NCBI GenBank assembly: GCA_045532715.1
Contig: JAZSGM010000163.1
Coordinates: forward strand, 1-35,183
Length of the DNA stretch: 35,183 nucleotides
Origin: Clostridia bacterium
GTDB lineage: Bacteria > Bacillota > Clostridia > UBA1381 > UMGS1253
Direction: 5' to 3'
The first letter of the stretch is position 1. Every line of letters begins with the position of its first letter. A program made the position numbers and the translations under genes. Of the stretch, positions 27,165 to 35,183 are shown piece by piece. The notes under the pieces were generated by a model. The model made no database searches. It was not told the origin of the DNA and saw only the letters and a list, made by a program, of their open reading frames with translations.

Positions 27165-30100
27165 ATGAAAAAGAAGGTTTTAAGCATTTTGCTTGCCTGC
27201 GTGATGCTTGTATCGCTTTTACCGGCAGTCGGCATGGCGGCAGAGGAGCGCATTGTCCTTTTTGAAACGGACTTTGAGTCAGAAACAGCAGGTGCAAATC
27301 CAACAAAATCCGGATTTGACAATGTTGTGTCGACGGATGTTGCGTGCTTTAAGGTTGTCGACGATGAAGACAATCGGGCACTCAAGGCATGGCACGGCGA
27401 CCCGACGGCGGAAGGTGAGAAGGCGCGCGGGCCGCGTATGGACATCAACGTATCCACCAAAGGGCTTACGAACCTGCGCTTGGAGTACGATGTAAAGAAC
27501 AGCGGCGGCGAGACCTCGTTTAAGGTTTATTTCACCGGCGCAAACAGCGGTAAAAACGCAGGTACAATCAATGCGCCGTACGAGTTTAAGAAGTGGACGC
27601 ATATCATAATTGATATGGATGTGTCTGCGCAGAAGGCGACTGTTTATGCAGACGGTGAAAAGGCAACAACGGCAACGCTTAAGTTTTTGGATGAAGCAAC
27701 CGTTTATATGCGTCTCGCCGCAACCGTTGAGCTCGACGGCAGTTGGGTAATGCTCGATAATGTGAAGCTGACTACAACGGATAAAGGCTATTCCTTAAAT
27801 CAGGGCATGAGCGCAGAGGATATCCAGGGCGAATACAATGCAGCAGATGCGGTAGCGGAAAGCGGCGATGTTGTAACGATTCTTGATGTCAACTTTGAAG
27901 ACCACGAAATCGGCAGCCTGCCGCAGTATAAAAAGGACGGCGGCTTTACGACCGGCGCAGTAACGGATGTTGCTTGTATGCGCGTAGAAGACGATAACGG
28001 CAACAAGGTCATCCGCTGCTATCAGGGCGACCCGGTAAACTATCCGGAAACACGCTCGCCGCGCTTGGAGCGCTCCGTAACAAAGAACGGGCTGAAGAAA
28101 ATGACAATCGACTACGATGTAAAGTCGAGTCTTGGTGAAACTATTTTAAATATCGATTTTTACCCGACCTCGGGCGGTAAGTATCTTTGCAGATTAAAGC
28201 CGCCGAGTGAGTTTAAGGAATGGACACACGTAAAAATCCGCTGCGATTTTGAAACGATGAAGGCGGATATTTATGTCGGCGGCAAAAAGCTGACAACAAA
28301 AAATATTGCATGGGGCGATGAAACGAGCTTTATGATTCGCGTTTCTGCAGCTTGTGCAATTGACGGCAGCTATGTTATGCTTGACAACTTCAAGATTACC
28401 TCTCCGGATTTAGAGCTCGGCGGTGCCGTGTCGGTTTCCGGCGACAAAATCTACTGGGATAAGTTAAAGATTGACCCGGCAACGAAAACCGGTATGCTCG
28501 AGGTTATGCGTATGGAGCATCCGCGTATTTTCGTGACGGACTGGGATGCGGTTCGTGCAAAGGCAGATTCGGATGAGGACTATAAGCACTTTAAAAACAA
28601 TCTCCTTGCAACGGCAAACGGTGTTTTAAATGCAGAGCCGACTGTTTATATGCGCGGAAGCACGGGCACGATTAACGGCCCTTCGACAACGGCAAAGGAT
28701 AATATGGTTACACTTGCGGGTGCGTATCAGCTGACCGGAGATGTGCGCTATAAGGACAGACTTTACGCTGAGCTTGAAGCGGTCGGCAACTGGCCGGATT
28801 GGGGATCGGATGCATTCTTGTGTACGGCGCATTTAAACCTTGGTTTTGGTATTGCGTATGACTGGCTCTATCACGAATGGACACCGGAGCAGAGAAAGAA
28901 TATCGAAGGCTGGCTCATGGAAATGGGGCTTTCGCAGGCGGTGCTTTCCTACGAAGGCTTCATCGCCGCAGGCTGGGCAACAGCAGCATCGAACTGGAAC
29001 AATGTATGTAACGGCTCGAACCTCATTGCGGCGCTCGCAGTTGCAGATACGCAGCCGGATGCGGCAGATTATATTTTTGCAAAGGTAGCAAAGTCGATTC
29101 CGTTTATGTATGAGGAATTGACAGCCGACGGTGGCTACTGTGAGCCGCTTGGTTATTGGGACTACGGTATCCGCCATCTGGTAAAGACCATGGCTGCACT
29201 CGACAGCTGTTTAAAACCGGGTGAAACCCTGCCGACGTGCCTCGATTTTTCGACGGTAACCGGTCTTGACAACACGGGCGATTTCCCGATTTACTACAAC
29301 GGTGCAAGATACGGCTTTAACTATGGTGACGGCGAATCCGCATTTGAAACCACACCGATTCTGTACTACCTTGCAACGAAATTTGATAAGCCGCAATACG
29401 CTTGGTATAATACCTATATGTACAAAAACAATCCGATGGTATCGCAGTATTGGGGCAGAAATGCAATGTGGAGCCTCTTGTGGTACGATAAAGCACATGC
29501 GGAGAGCGCAGGCACAAATTTCCCGCTGGACAAGTTTTATAACGCAGAAGTTGTCGGCGGACCGAAGGCACTTTCGATGCGTTCGTCCTTTACCGATGAT
29601 GATGCGCTCATCGTGATGGCGATTGCCGGCGATATGGAGGCAGGACATTCACATCAGAATGCCGGCGGCTTTATCCTCGATTGGTCAGGCAACAGATGGG
29701 TACATATGTACGGCAGAACTGTACCGGGGAAAAGTGGCACACCATACGACTGGGATAACTATTTCTTATCGGTATGGGAAGGCGGCAGGTATGACTACTA
29801 TCATACCCGCGGCGAAGCAAACAATACGATTATTGCAAATCCGCAGCAGAACAGAGCGGATATGAATATCGACTATGTGACAAAGCTCGACCGCTACGAA
29901 TCGGGCACATCCAAGGCGTTCGGCATCATGGATTTGACCGATACAAACAAAGATTACCTCTCTGCAAAGCGCGGCTTTATGCTCACGGACAACCGTGAAA
30001 CGCTTGTGATTCAGGATGAAATCACGGCGACAAAGCCGAGTGAGTATTACTGGTTTGCAAACACAAAGGCGGAAATCACAATCGCGCCGGACGGCAAGAG

Positions 30101-31817
30101 CGCACTTTTGGAAATGAACGGCGATAAGATGCTCGTGCGCATCACGCAGGGACCGGCAGATGCAAAATTGGGCATTATGCCTTCGCAGCCGCTTCCGACT
30201 TCGCCGGACCCGGATGTACAGCCGGATATTGATGAGCATAAGCTGTTTATTAACGTAAAGAATCAGCAGAACCTGCAGCTGACGGTTGAATTTGTACCGC
30301 TCGGCGAGGGAGAGGGTATCCCGGCGCCACAGCCGATTGCCTTACTGGATAAGTGGACGGTTTCGGATGCACCTGCCATGACAACGGAAAAGACGCTCGG
30401 CGATGTGGTTGCATTAAAGGTAGACAACCCGAACGCTTATGCAAAGGGTGCAAAGACCTATGTAGATACGGAAAATCTTGATATTAAGCCGATTGTCGAA
30501 AATGGCAGAACGCTCGTTCCGGTGCGCTTTATTGCAGAAAAATTCGGTGCACAGGTCGGTTGGGAGGATGCAACGCAGACTGTAACCGTGAAGGTGGATA
30601 CGAATTTGATTACATTGCAGCTTGGCTCCAATCAGATGGTTGTCAACGGCAATGCAATTTTGCTCGATGTGCCTGCAAAGGAAATCGGCGGCAGAACGCT
30701 TATTCCGCTCCGTGCACTTGTAGAAGCGCTCGGCAAGCAGGTGTTCTGGGATGACAGAGGCCTTATCTTAATCAGTGACGCCGCAGCAAATTACGATGCG
30801 GCTACGATTGATAACATCATCGACCTTTTGGATATCCGCGTGCAGGTGAATGGCAATGAAGTTAAGTTCTTCGACAGCGAAATCTACGAATATGATGTAA
30901 AGCTTGCAAAGGGTACGGCAGCTCCGGTTGTAACGGCAAGCTCCGATAAGGGTGCGACTGTGGTACAGGGCAATCCGGCAACGGTAACCGTAGGCGATAA
31001 AACCTACACCTTCCGTTTTGCTGAAGATGTATTTGAAGGCGTGCTCGGTACAGGTAGTGCCGGCGTAGTCAAGAGTTTGAATCTCTTTGTGGATAACGGC
31101 TCGGTTGCAAATTACCAGACCTATCTTGACATCGCAAGCGCGTCCAGCTCGATTGAGTGGGATGAAAAGTATCCGATGACCGGTTCGTATGACGGCATCA
31201 TCAATGGCTCCGTTACGCAGAACCGTTGGTCTGCAAACGGCGAAAATCAGTGGATTTCCTACGACCTCGGCGCAGAAAAGAATCTGCACTCGATTGCGAT
31301 TGCGGGTTATAAGTCGGATGGACGTTCGTATACCTTTAAGATTTCCGTATCGAATGACGGTGCAAACTGGACAACGGTAAATGAGGCGGCAGTTACCGAA
31401 ATCGGCGTAGACCGTACGGTGATTCAGCTCGGTGATGTAAAAGCAAGACACATCCGTCTCGATGGCTTGAAGGCAACGAATACGACCTGGATGGGTATCA
31501 GCGAGGTGCGTATTTACGACTCGGCACAAATGGAAGCAGACGACCAGACTTGCTGGAACGCATACTTCTACACAAGCTCTATGATGGGTACGGTTGGACA
31601 GACGCTCAAACTGTGCATCGAGGGCGAAAGCGCACTCGGCGAAATCCTGCCGGTAAGCTTTAACGATGTGAAGCTGACAAGCCTGAATCCGGAAATTGCT
31701 TCGGTAGATGCTTTGGGGAATGTAACCTTCCATAAGGCGGGCACGACACGCATTCGCGCAGAAGCAATGATTAACGGTATACTCAAGACAACCACCATCG
31801 AGGTTGAAGTAAACTAA
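27165..31817 (+). CDS. Secreted multi-domain heparinase II/III-superfamily lyase-like protein, paralog 6 (two N-terminal jelly-roll modules)
   Basis: ATG 27165 (MKKKVLSILLAC) is preferred over GTG 27156. Two N-terminal modules. Motifs HPRIF, SNWNNVCNG, DGGYCEPLGYWDYG, HSHQNAGGFILD. Same C-terminal modules as paralog 1. Confidence 0.85.
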   Translation: MKKKVLSILLACVMLVSLLPAVGMAAEERIVLFETDFESETAGANPTKSGFDNVVSTDVACFKVVDDEDNRALKAWHGDPTAEGEKARGPRMDINVSTKGLTNLRLEYDVKNSGGETSFKVYFTGANSGKNAGTINAPYEFKKWTHIIIDMDVSAQKATVYADGEKATTATLKFLDEATVYMRLAATVELDGSWVMLDNVKLTTTDKGYSLNQGMSAEDIQGEYNAADAVAESGDVVTILDVNFEDHEIGSLPQYKKDGGFTTGAVTDVACMRVEDDNGNKVIRCYQGDPVNYPETRSPRLERSVTKNGLKKMTIDYDVKSSLGETILNIDFYPTSGGKYLCRLKPPSEFKEWTHVKIRCDFETMKADIYVGGKKLTTKNIAWGDETSFMIRVSAACAIDGSYVMLDNFKITSPDLELGGAVSVSGDKIYWDKLKIDPATKTGMLEVMRMEHPRIFVTDWDAVRAKADSDEDYKHFKNNLLATANGVLNAEPTVYMRGSTGTINGPSTTAKDNMVTLAGAYQLTGDVRYKDRLYAELEAVGNWPDWGSDAFLCTAHLNLGFGIAYDWLYHEWTPEQRKNIEGWLMEMGLSQAVLSYEGFIAAGWATAASNWNNVCNGSNLIAALAVADTQPDAADYIFAKVAKSIPFMYEELTADGGYCEPLGYWDYGIRHLVKTMAALDSCLKPGETLPTCLDFSTVTGLDNTGDFPIYYNGARYGFNYGDGESAFETTPILYYLATKFDKPQYAWYNTYMYKNNPMVSQYWGRNAMWSLLWYDKAHAESAGTNFPLDKFYNAEVVGGPKALSMRSSFTDDDALIVMAIAGDMEAGHSHQNAGGFILDWSGNRWVHMYGRTVPGKSGTPYDWDNYFLSVWEGGRYDYYHTRGEANNTIIANPQQNRADMNIDYVTKLDRYESGTSKAFGIMDLTDTNKDYLSAKRGFMLTDNRETLVIQDEITATKPSEYYWFANTKAEITIAPDGKSALLEMNGDKMLVRITQGPADAKLGIMPSQPLPTSPDPDVQPDIDEHKLFINVKNQQNLQLTVEFVPLGEGEGIPAPQPIALLDKWTVSDAPAMTTEKTLGDVVALKVDNPNAYAKGAKTYVDTENLDIKPIVENGRTLVPVRFIAEKFGAQVGWEDATQTVTVKVDTNLITLQLGSNQMVVNGNAILLDVPAKEIGGRTLIPLRALVEALGKQVFWDDRGLILISDAAANYDAATIDNIIDLLDIRVQVNGNEVKFFDSEIYEYDVKLAKGTAAPVVTASSDKGATVVQGNPATVTVGDKTYTFRFAEDVFEGVLGTGSAGVVKSLNLFVDNGSVANYQTYLDIASASSSIEWDEKYPMTGSYDGIINGSVTQNRWSANGENQWISYDLGAEKNLHSIAIAGYKSDGRSYTFKISVSNDGANWTTVNEAAVTEIGVDRTVIQLGDVKARHIRLDGLKATNTTWMGISEVRIYDSAQMEADDQTCWNAYFYTSSMMGTVGQTLKLCIEGESALGEILPVSFNDVKLTSLNPEIASVDALGNVTFHKAGTTRIRAEAMINGILKTTTIEVEVN

Positions 31818-31828
31818 AACAAATAATT

Positions 31829-31862
31829 AAAAACAGGCAATGGAAACATTGCCTGTTTTTTT
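31829..31862. terminator. Bidirectional intrinsic terminator
   Basis: AAAAACAGGCAATG-GAAA-CATTGCCTGTTTTTTT between convergent genes. Confidence 0.9.
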
Positions 31863-31915
31863 GTTTGCATGAAAACGATTCGAATACGCTCAGTTGATTT
31901 GCTGAATCGAATAAA

Positions 31916-32731
31916 TTATCGCCTGAAAAGCTTTTTGTATTCCGTCGGTGACAGACCGGTGTGCTTTTTAAACCTTCTTGCAAAATAGGAAGCATCCAAA
32001 ATGCCGATGGCCTTTGCGACATCCTCGATACTGTCCTTGCTGCTGATGAGCAGACTCATCGCTTTGTACATACGAAGGTTATTTAAATAGGCGAGCGGCG
32101 ACATGCCGCATTTTTCGCCGAACTTTTTTACAAAATAGGTCGGGTGCATATGTACGGCCTCTGCAAGCTCATCCAATTTAACAGCGCGGTCAAGATTTAA
32201 GGTCATATATTCAAAAACAGGTCTGAAATAGGTATAGGCACTGTCGCTTTGCTTTTGTCTTTGTTCGGCGTAGATTCTGATGATTTGCAGAATGTTTGAA
32301 CACCACGCTACATCATAGATCGGATCCTTGAAAACCTCCGTTCGGTTAGCGCTTTCGAAAAGTCTTTGCATTTCTTCGCGATTTTCTACATTTACAACAA
32401 AATCCTGCTCCGAAAGTTCTAAGGTTACCATTAGGTTTTCGTTGTCAAATACATGGGCCTTGAAGCGCATTTCGTACATAGCAAAGTTTTCTGATGCCTG
32501 CGTATATATGCGCATTTTTCCCTTGGGCAAGAAGGCAAGCTGCCCTTTTTTGACAATATAACTCTGCGCATCGATGCTTAAAAAGCATTCCCCCTCCAAT
32601 ACATAAAAAAACACATCCTGTTCGCCGATGTGCCCCACGGTGTCACCCTTCCACAAAATGGGCGGCACATACAAATGCACAGAGCCGGGCGTGATTTGCA
32701 AGTTTTTGAGTCTTAAAGCTGAATCCGGCAT
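31916..32731 (-). CDS. AraC-family transcriptional regulator
   Basis: Cupin-like FFYVLEGE...KKGQLAFLPKG; C-terminal HPTYFVKKF and VAKAIGILDASYFARRFKKHTGLSPTEYKK. AGGAGG RBS. Confidence 0.95.
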   Translation of the reverse strand: MPDSALRLKNLQITPGSVHLYVPPILWKGDTVGHIGEQDVFFYVLEGECFLSIDAQSYIVKKGQLAFLPKGKMRIYTQASENFAMYEMRFKAHVFDNENLMVTLELSEQDFVVNVENREEMQRLFESANRTEVFKDPIYDVAWCSNILQIIRIYAEQRQKQSDSAYTYFRPVFEYMTLNLDRAVKLDELAEAVHMHPTYFVKKFGEKCGMSPLAYLNNLRMYKAMSLLISSKDSIEDVAKAIGILDASYFARRFKKHTGLSPTEYKKLFRR

Positions 32732-32740
32732 AAAACCTCC

Positions 32741-32884
32741 TAATATTGTCCTGGTCAGTATAATATAATCCTGATTTGTACTAAAATATGCATTTTAAAG
32801 TGTGTGAAAGTATAATTTTATCCTTAAAAACATAAAATCGTCCATTTACAATTGCATCGTAGCACAATATAATTGAATTGTCAA
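32741..32884. promoter_or_regulatory. Overlapping divergent promoters with two pairs of 20-bp-spaced direct repeats
   Basis: Repeats TAATATTGTCCTG (32741), TAATATAATCCTG (32761), TAATTTTATCCTT (32813), TAAAATCGTCCAT (32833). Plus promoter TTTACA-17-TATAAT (32845-32873). Minus promoter TTGACA-17-TACGAT (32884-32856). Confidence 0.7.
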
Positions 32885-32912
32885 TACATCATTTTGAAAA
32901 GAGGCGTTTTTT

Positions 32913-34160
32913 ATGAAAAAATATGTGCAGGTCGGATGTGGCGGCAGAGGTATTTCCTCGTATTCCATACCGCTGGTTCGCGATTACGCGGATTGTGCGG
33001 AGCTTTGTGGCGTGTATGACACGAATTACAAGCGCGCCGAAGCTGTAAGTGATTTAACAGGCAAAGACATTCCGGTGTTTTCGGATTTCGATGCAATGCT
33101 CGAAGCGGTAAAGCCGGATGTGGTTATCGTTACCTCGGTGGATGCAACGCACGACACGTATGTGATTCGAGCAATGCAGGCAGGCTGCGATGTTATCTGC
33201 GAAAAGCCGTTGACCACGACCTTTGAAAAGGCGATGGAAATTTACAGAGTGCAACAGGAAACGGGACGAGAGGTCCGTGTGACATTCAATGTTCGCTTCA
33301 ACCCGCAGATTGCCCGCTTAAAGGAAATCGTAAAATCAGGTGCAATCGGCGATATATTAAGTGTACATTTCCAGTGGATGCTCGACACCTCGCACGGCGC
33401 TGACTATTTCAGAAGATGGCACAGAGAAATGAAAAATTCCGGTTCGCTTATGGTACATAAATCAACGCACCATTTTGATTTAATCAACTGGATTTTGGAA
33501 GAAGACCCGGTTTCTGTCAATGCATTCGGCACGAAACGCTTTTATGGTCCGACCAGAGAAAAGCGCGGCGAAAGGTGCTCGACTTGTCCCTACAAGAATA
33601 CCTGTGAGTTTTATTTTGACCAAACAAAAAGTGAGCTGCACAGAAAAATTTATGTAGCGTGCGAGGATGTGGACGGCTACTATCGTGACAGATGCGTTTT
33701 TGCTGACGAAATTGATATCCAGGACAGCGTAAGTGTGAATGTCAAATACAGCGGCGGCGCTGTTATGAGCTATTCGCTTACCGCACATTCGCCTTTTGAA
33801 GGCTATGAGATTATTTTAAACGGTACAAAAGGCAGAATTGAATTCAAACGAACGGCTGCACATACGGAGAATTTCGGAGAGAGAGGGGCACACACAACCA
33901 CGAGAATATATAACCGCCGCGGTGAAGTGATTGATTATACACTTCCGCAGGTATCGGCAGAAGGGCACGGCGGTGCGGACGGAAGAATTCGAGATAATCT
34001 GTTCCGCAGCTTTGAAAGCGATCCGCTCGGTCAGATGGCGGACACGGTTTCGGGACTGATGAGCATCGGTATCGGCATGGCTGCGAACATTTCCATGAAG
34101 GAAGGCAGACAGGTACAGTTAAGTGAATTTTATAAGGATATAAAAAAATACGCAAAATAA
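32913..34160 (+). CDS. Gfo/Idh/MocA-family NAD(P)-dependent oxidoreductase (YteT-like)
   Basis: Rossmann VGCGGRG, CEKP, HGADYFRRWHR, HKSTHHFDL, a Cys-rich insert RCSTC...C and GHGGAD. Confidence 0.9.
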   Translation: MKKYVQVGCGGRGISSYSIPLVRDYADCAELCGVYDTNYKRAEAVSDLTGKDIPVFSDFDAMLEAVKPDVVIVTSVDATHDTYVIRAMQAGCDVICEKPLTTTFEKAMEIYRVQQETGREVRVTFNVRFNPQIARLKEIVKSGAIGDILSVHFQWMLDTSHGADYFRRWHREMKNSGSLMVHKSTHHFDLINWILEEDPVSVNAFGTKRFYGPTREKRGERCSTCPYKNTCEFYFDQTKSELHRKIYVACEDVDGYYRDRCVFADEIDIQDSVSVNVKYSGGAVMSYSLTAHSPFEGYEIILNGTKGRIEFKRTAAHTENFGERGAHTTTRIYNRRGEVIDYTLPQVSAEGHGGADGRIRDNLFRSFESDPLGQMADTVSGLMSIGIGMAANISMKEGRQVQLSEFYKDIKKYAK

Positions 34161-34173
34161 GGAGATAGAAAAA

Positions 34174-34911
34174 ATGGAAATCAGAATTTGTCAAAACAGT
34201 GAAGAATTAGGTAAGAGCGCTGCAAAACACGTTGCGCAGGTATTGAAAGAGGTAATTGCACAAAAGGGCTGTGCAAGAATTTGCCTTTCCACCGGTGCAT
34301 CGCAGTTCGATACATTAAAGGCGTTGGTTGAAGAAAAGGGCATCGAATGGAGCAAGGTTGAAATGTTCCACTTAGACGAGTATGTTGATCTGCCGATTAC
34401 ACATGTTGCAAGCTTTAGAAAGTACCTGCAGGAGCGCTTTGTGGACAAGGTTGGACCGCTGAAGGCAGTACACTTTGTTGACGGCACAAAAGAGTGCATC
34501 GCAAAGCTGACCGAAGAAATCAGAAAAGCGCCGGTGGATATCGGCTTAATCGGTATCGGCGAAAACGGTCATATTGCGTTTAATGACCCGCCGGCAGATT
34601 TTGATACAAAAGAGGCTTATATCATCGTTAACTTAGATGACAGATGCAAAAAGCAGCAGATGGGTGAGGGCTGGTTTGCAACCATCGACGATGTACCGAA
34701 GCAGGCAGTTTCGATGACAACCTATCAGATTATGCAGTGCGAGCGTATCGTTTCCTGCGTGCCGAACGCTGTAAAGGCAGAGGCAATCAAAAACACACTT
34801 ACAGCAAAGGAAGTTACGGCTATGGTGCCGGCAACCTTGCTGACCACACATCCGGACTGGATTTTATACATCGATAAAAACAGTGCGGCAGATATTGTGA
34901 AGGGGCTGTAA
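34174..34911 (+). CDS. Glucosamine-6-phosphate deaminase / 6-phosphogluconolactonase-family protein (NagB-like)
   Basis: Motifs LSTGASQ, FHLDEYV, GIGENGHIAFNDP and VPAT.L..HP. The TGASQ variant differs from canonical NagB (TGSTP-type), so the substrate is uncertain. Confidence 0.8.
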   Translation: MEIRICQNSEELGKSAAKHVAQVLKEVIAQKGCARICLSTGASQFDTLKALVEEKGIEWSKVEMFHLDEYVDLPITHVASFRKYLQERFVDKVGPLKAVHFVDGTKECIAKLTEEIRKAPVDIGLIGIGENGHIAFNDPPADFDTKEAYIIVNLDDRCKKQQMGEGWFATIDDVPKQAVSMTTYQIMQCERIVSCVPNAVKAEAIKNTLTAKEVTAMVPATLLTTHPDWILYIDKNSAADIVKGL

Positions 34912-34914
34912 TTT

Positions 34915-35183
34915 ATGGCGACTTTTGAGGAACTGCAAAACAGCGTAAGCGGCGTATACGGACTTCGGGACAAGCTGTTTTTGTATGTACACAACAGGTC
35001 TGTTGCGGCATTTGATCGAGCGGACAGACGCAGAAACAGAATTAAGAACGCAGAGGCTTTTTTGAAATATCAGAAAGCCTCTAAAGGTGCTTTTCTGAAA
35101 AGCATCGGTAAAATTCCGTATGATCCGAAACTTCCGTTAGAGGCAGAGATTGTAAAATCGGGTGTGTACGATGGCATCCAAAT
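34915..35183 (+). CDS. Partial CDS (3' truncated), possibly the N-terminus of an alpha/beta-hydrolase (acetylxylan-esterase-like)
   Basis: ATG 3 nt after the nagB-like stop, with an AAGGGG RBS. Frame is open to the window end: MATFEELQNSVSGVYGLRDKLF...FLKSIGKIPYDPKLPLEAEIVKSGVYDGIQ. Product guess rests on the N-terminal pattern only. Confidence 0.55.
   Translation, partial: MATFEELQNSVSGVYGLRDKLFLYVHNRSVAAFDRADRRRNRIKNAEAFLKYQKASKGAFLKSIGKIPYDPKLPLEAEIVKSGVYDGIQ

Noticed and set aside
4330-31733. Long antisense ORFs recurring opposite the lyase genes (e.g. 4330-4992, 8594-9316, 12094-12903, 15916-16785, 30768-31733)
   Set aside because: They are shadow frames caused by codon bias in the sense genes, recur only because the sense genes are paralogous, and show no recognisable motifs.
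2512-31817. Diversity-generating retroelement or invertase-driven shuffling as the source of paralog variation
   Set aside because: No reverse transcriptase or recombinase is present, no template/variable repeat pair with adenine-specific differences was seen, and all genes are co-oriented and intact.

Overview
This window comes from a Firmicute (Clostridia-like) genome and holds a glycan-degradation cluster. Its core is six paralogous heparinase II/III-superfamily polysaccharide lyase-like genes. Five are large secreted multi-domain proteins (signal peptide, one or two N-terminal jelly-roll modules, catalytic alpha/alpha + beta-sandwich module, copper-amine-oxidase-N-type surface module, discoidin/CBM32, Ig-like tail). 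The sixth is a catalytic-only copy with no signal peptide. Other genes are two His-rich paralogous proteins of unknown function, two AraC regulators with overlapping divergent promoters and direct-repeat operators, a MATE transporter, KDPG aldolase (eda), a neutral-ceramidase-like hydrolase, a Gfo/Idh/MocA oxidoreductase, a NagB-like protein and a truncated probable hydrolase. The 3' end of mgsA lies at the left edge. The most unusual non-coding feature is a ~306 bp inverted element at 12890-13195: two mirror-image arrays of sequence-variable hairpins separated by a conserved heptamer, inside 13-bp terminal inverted repeats. All family assignments rest on motif recognition by eye; no database searches were run.
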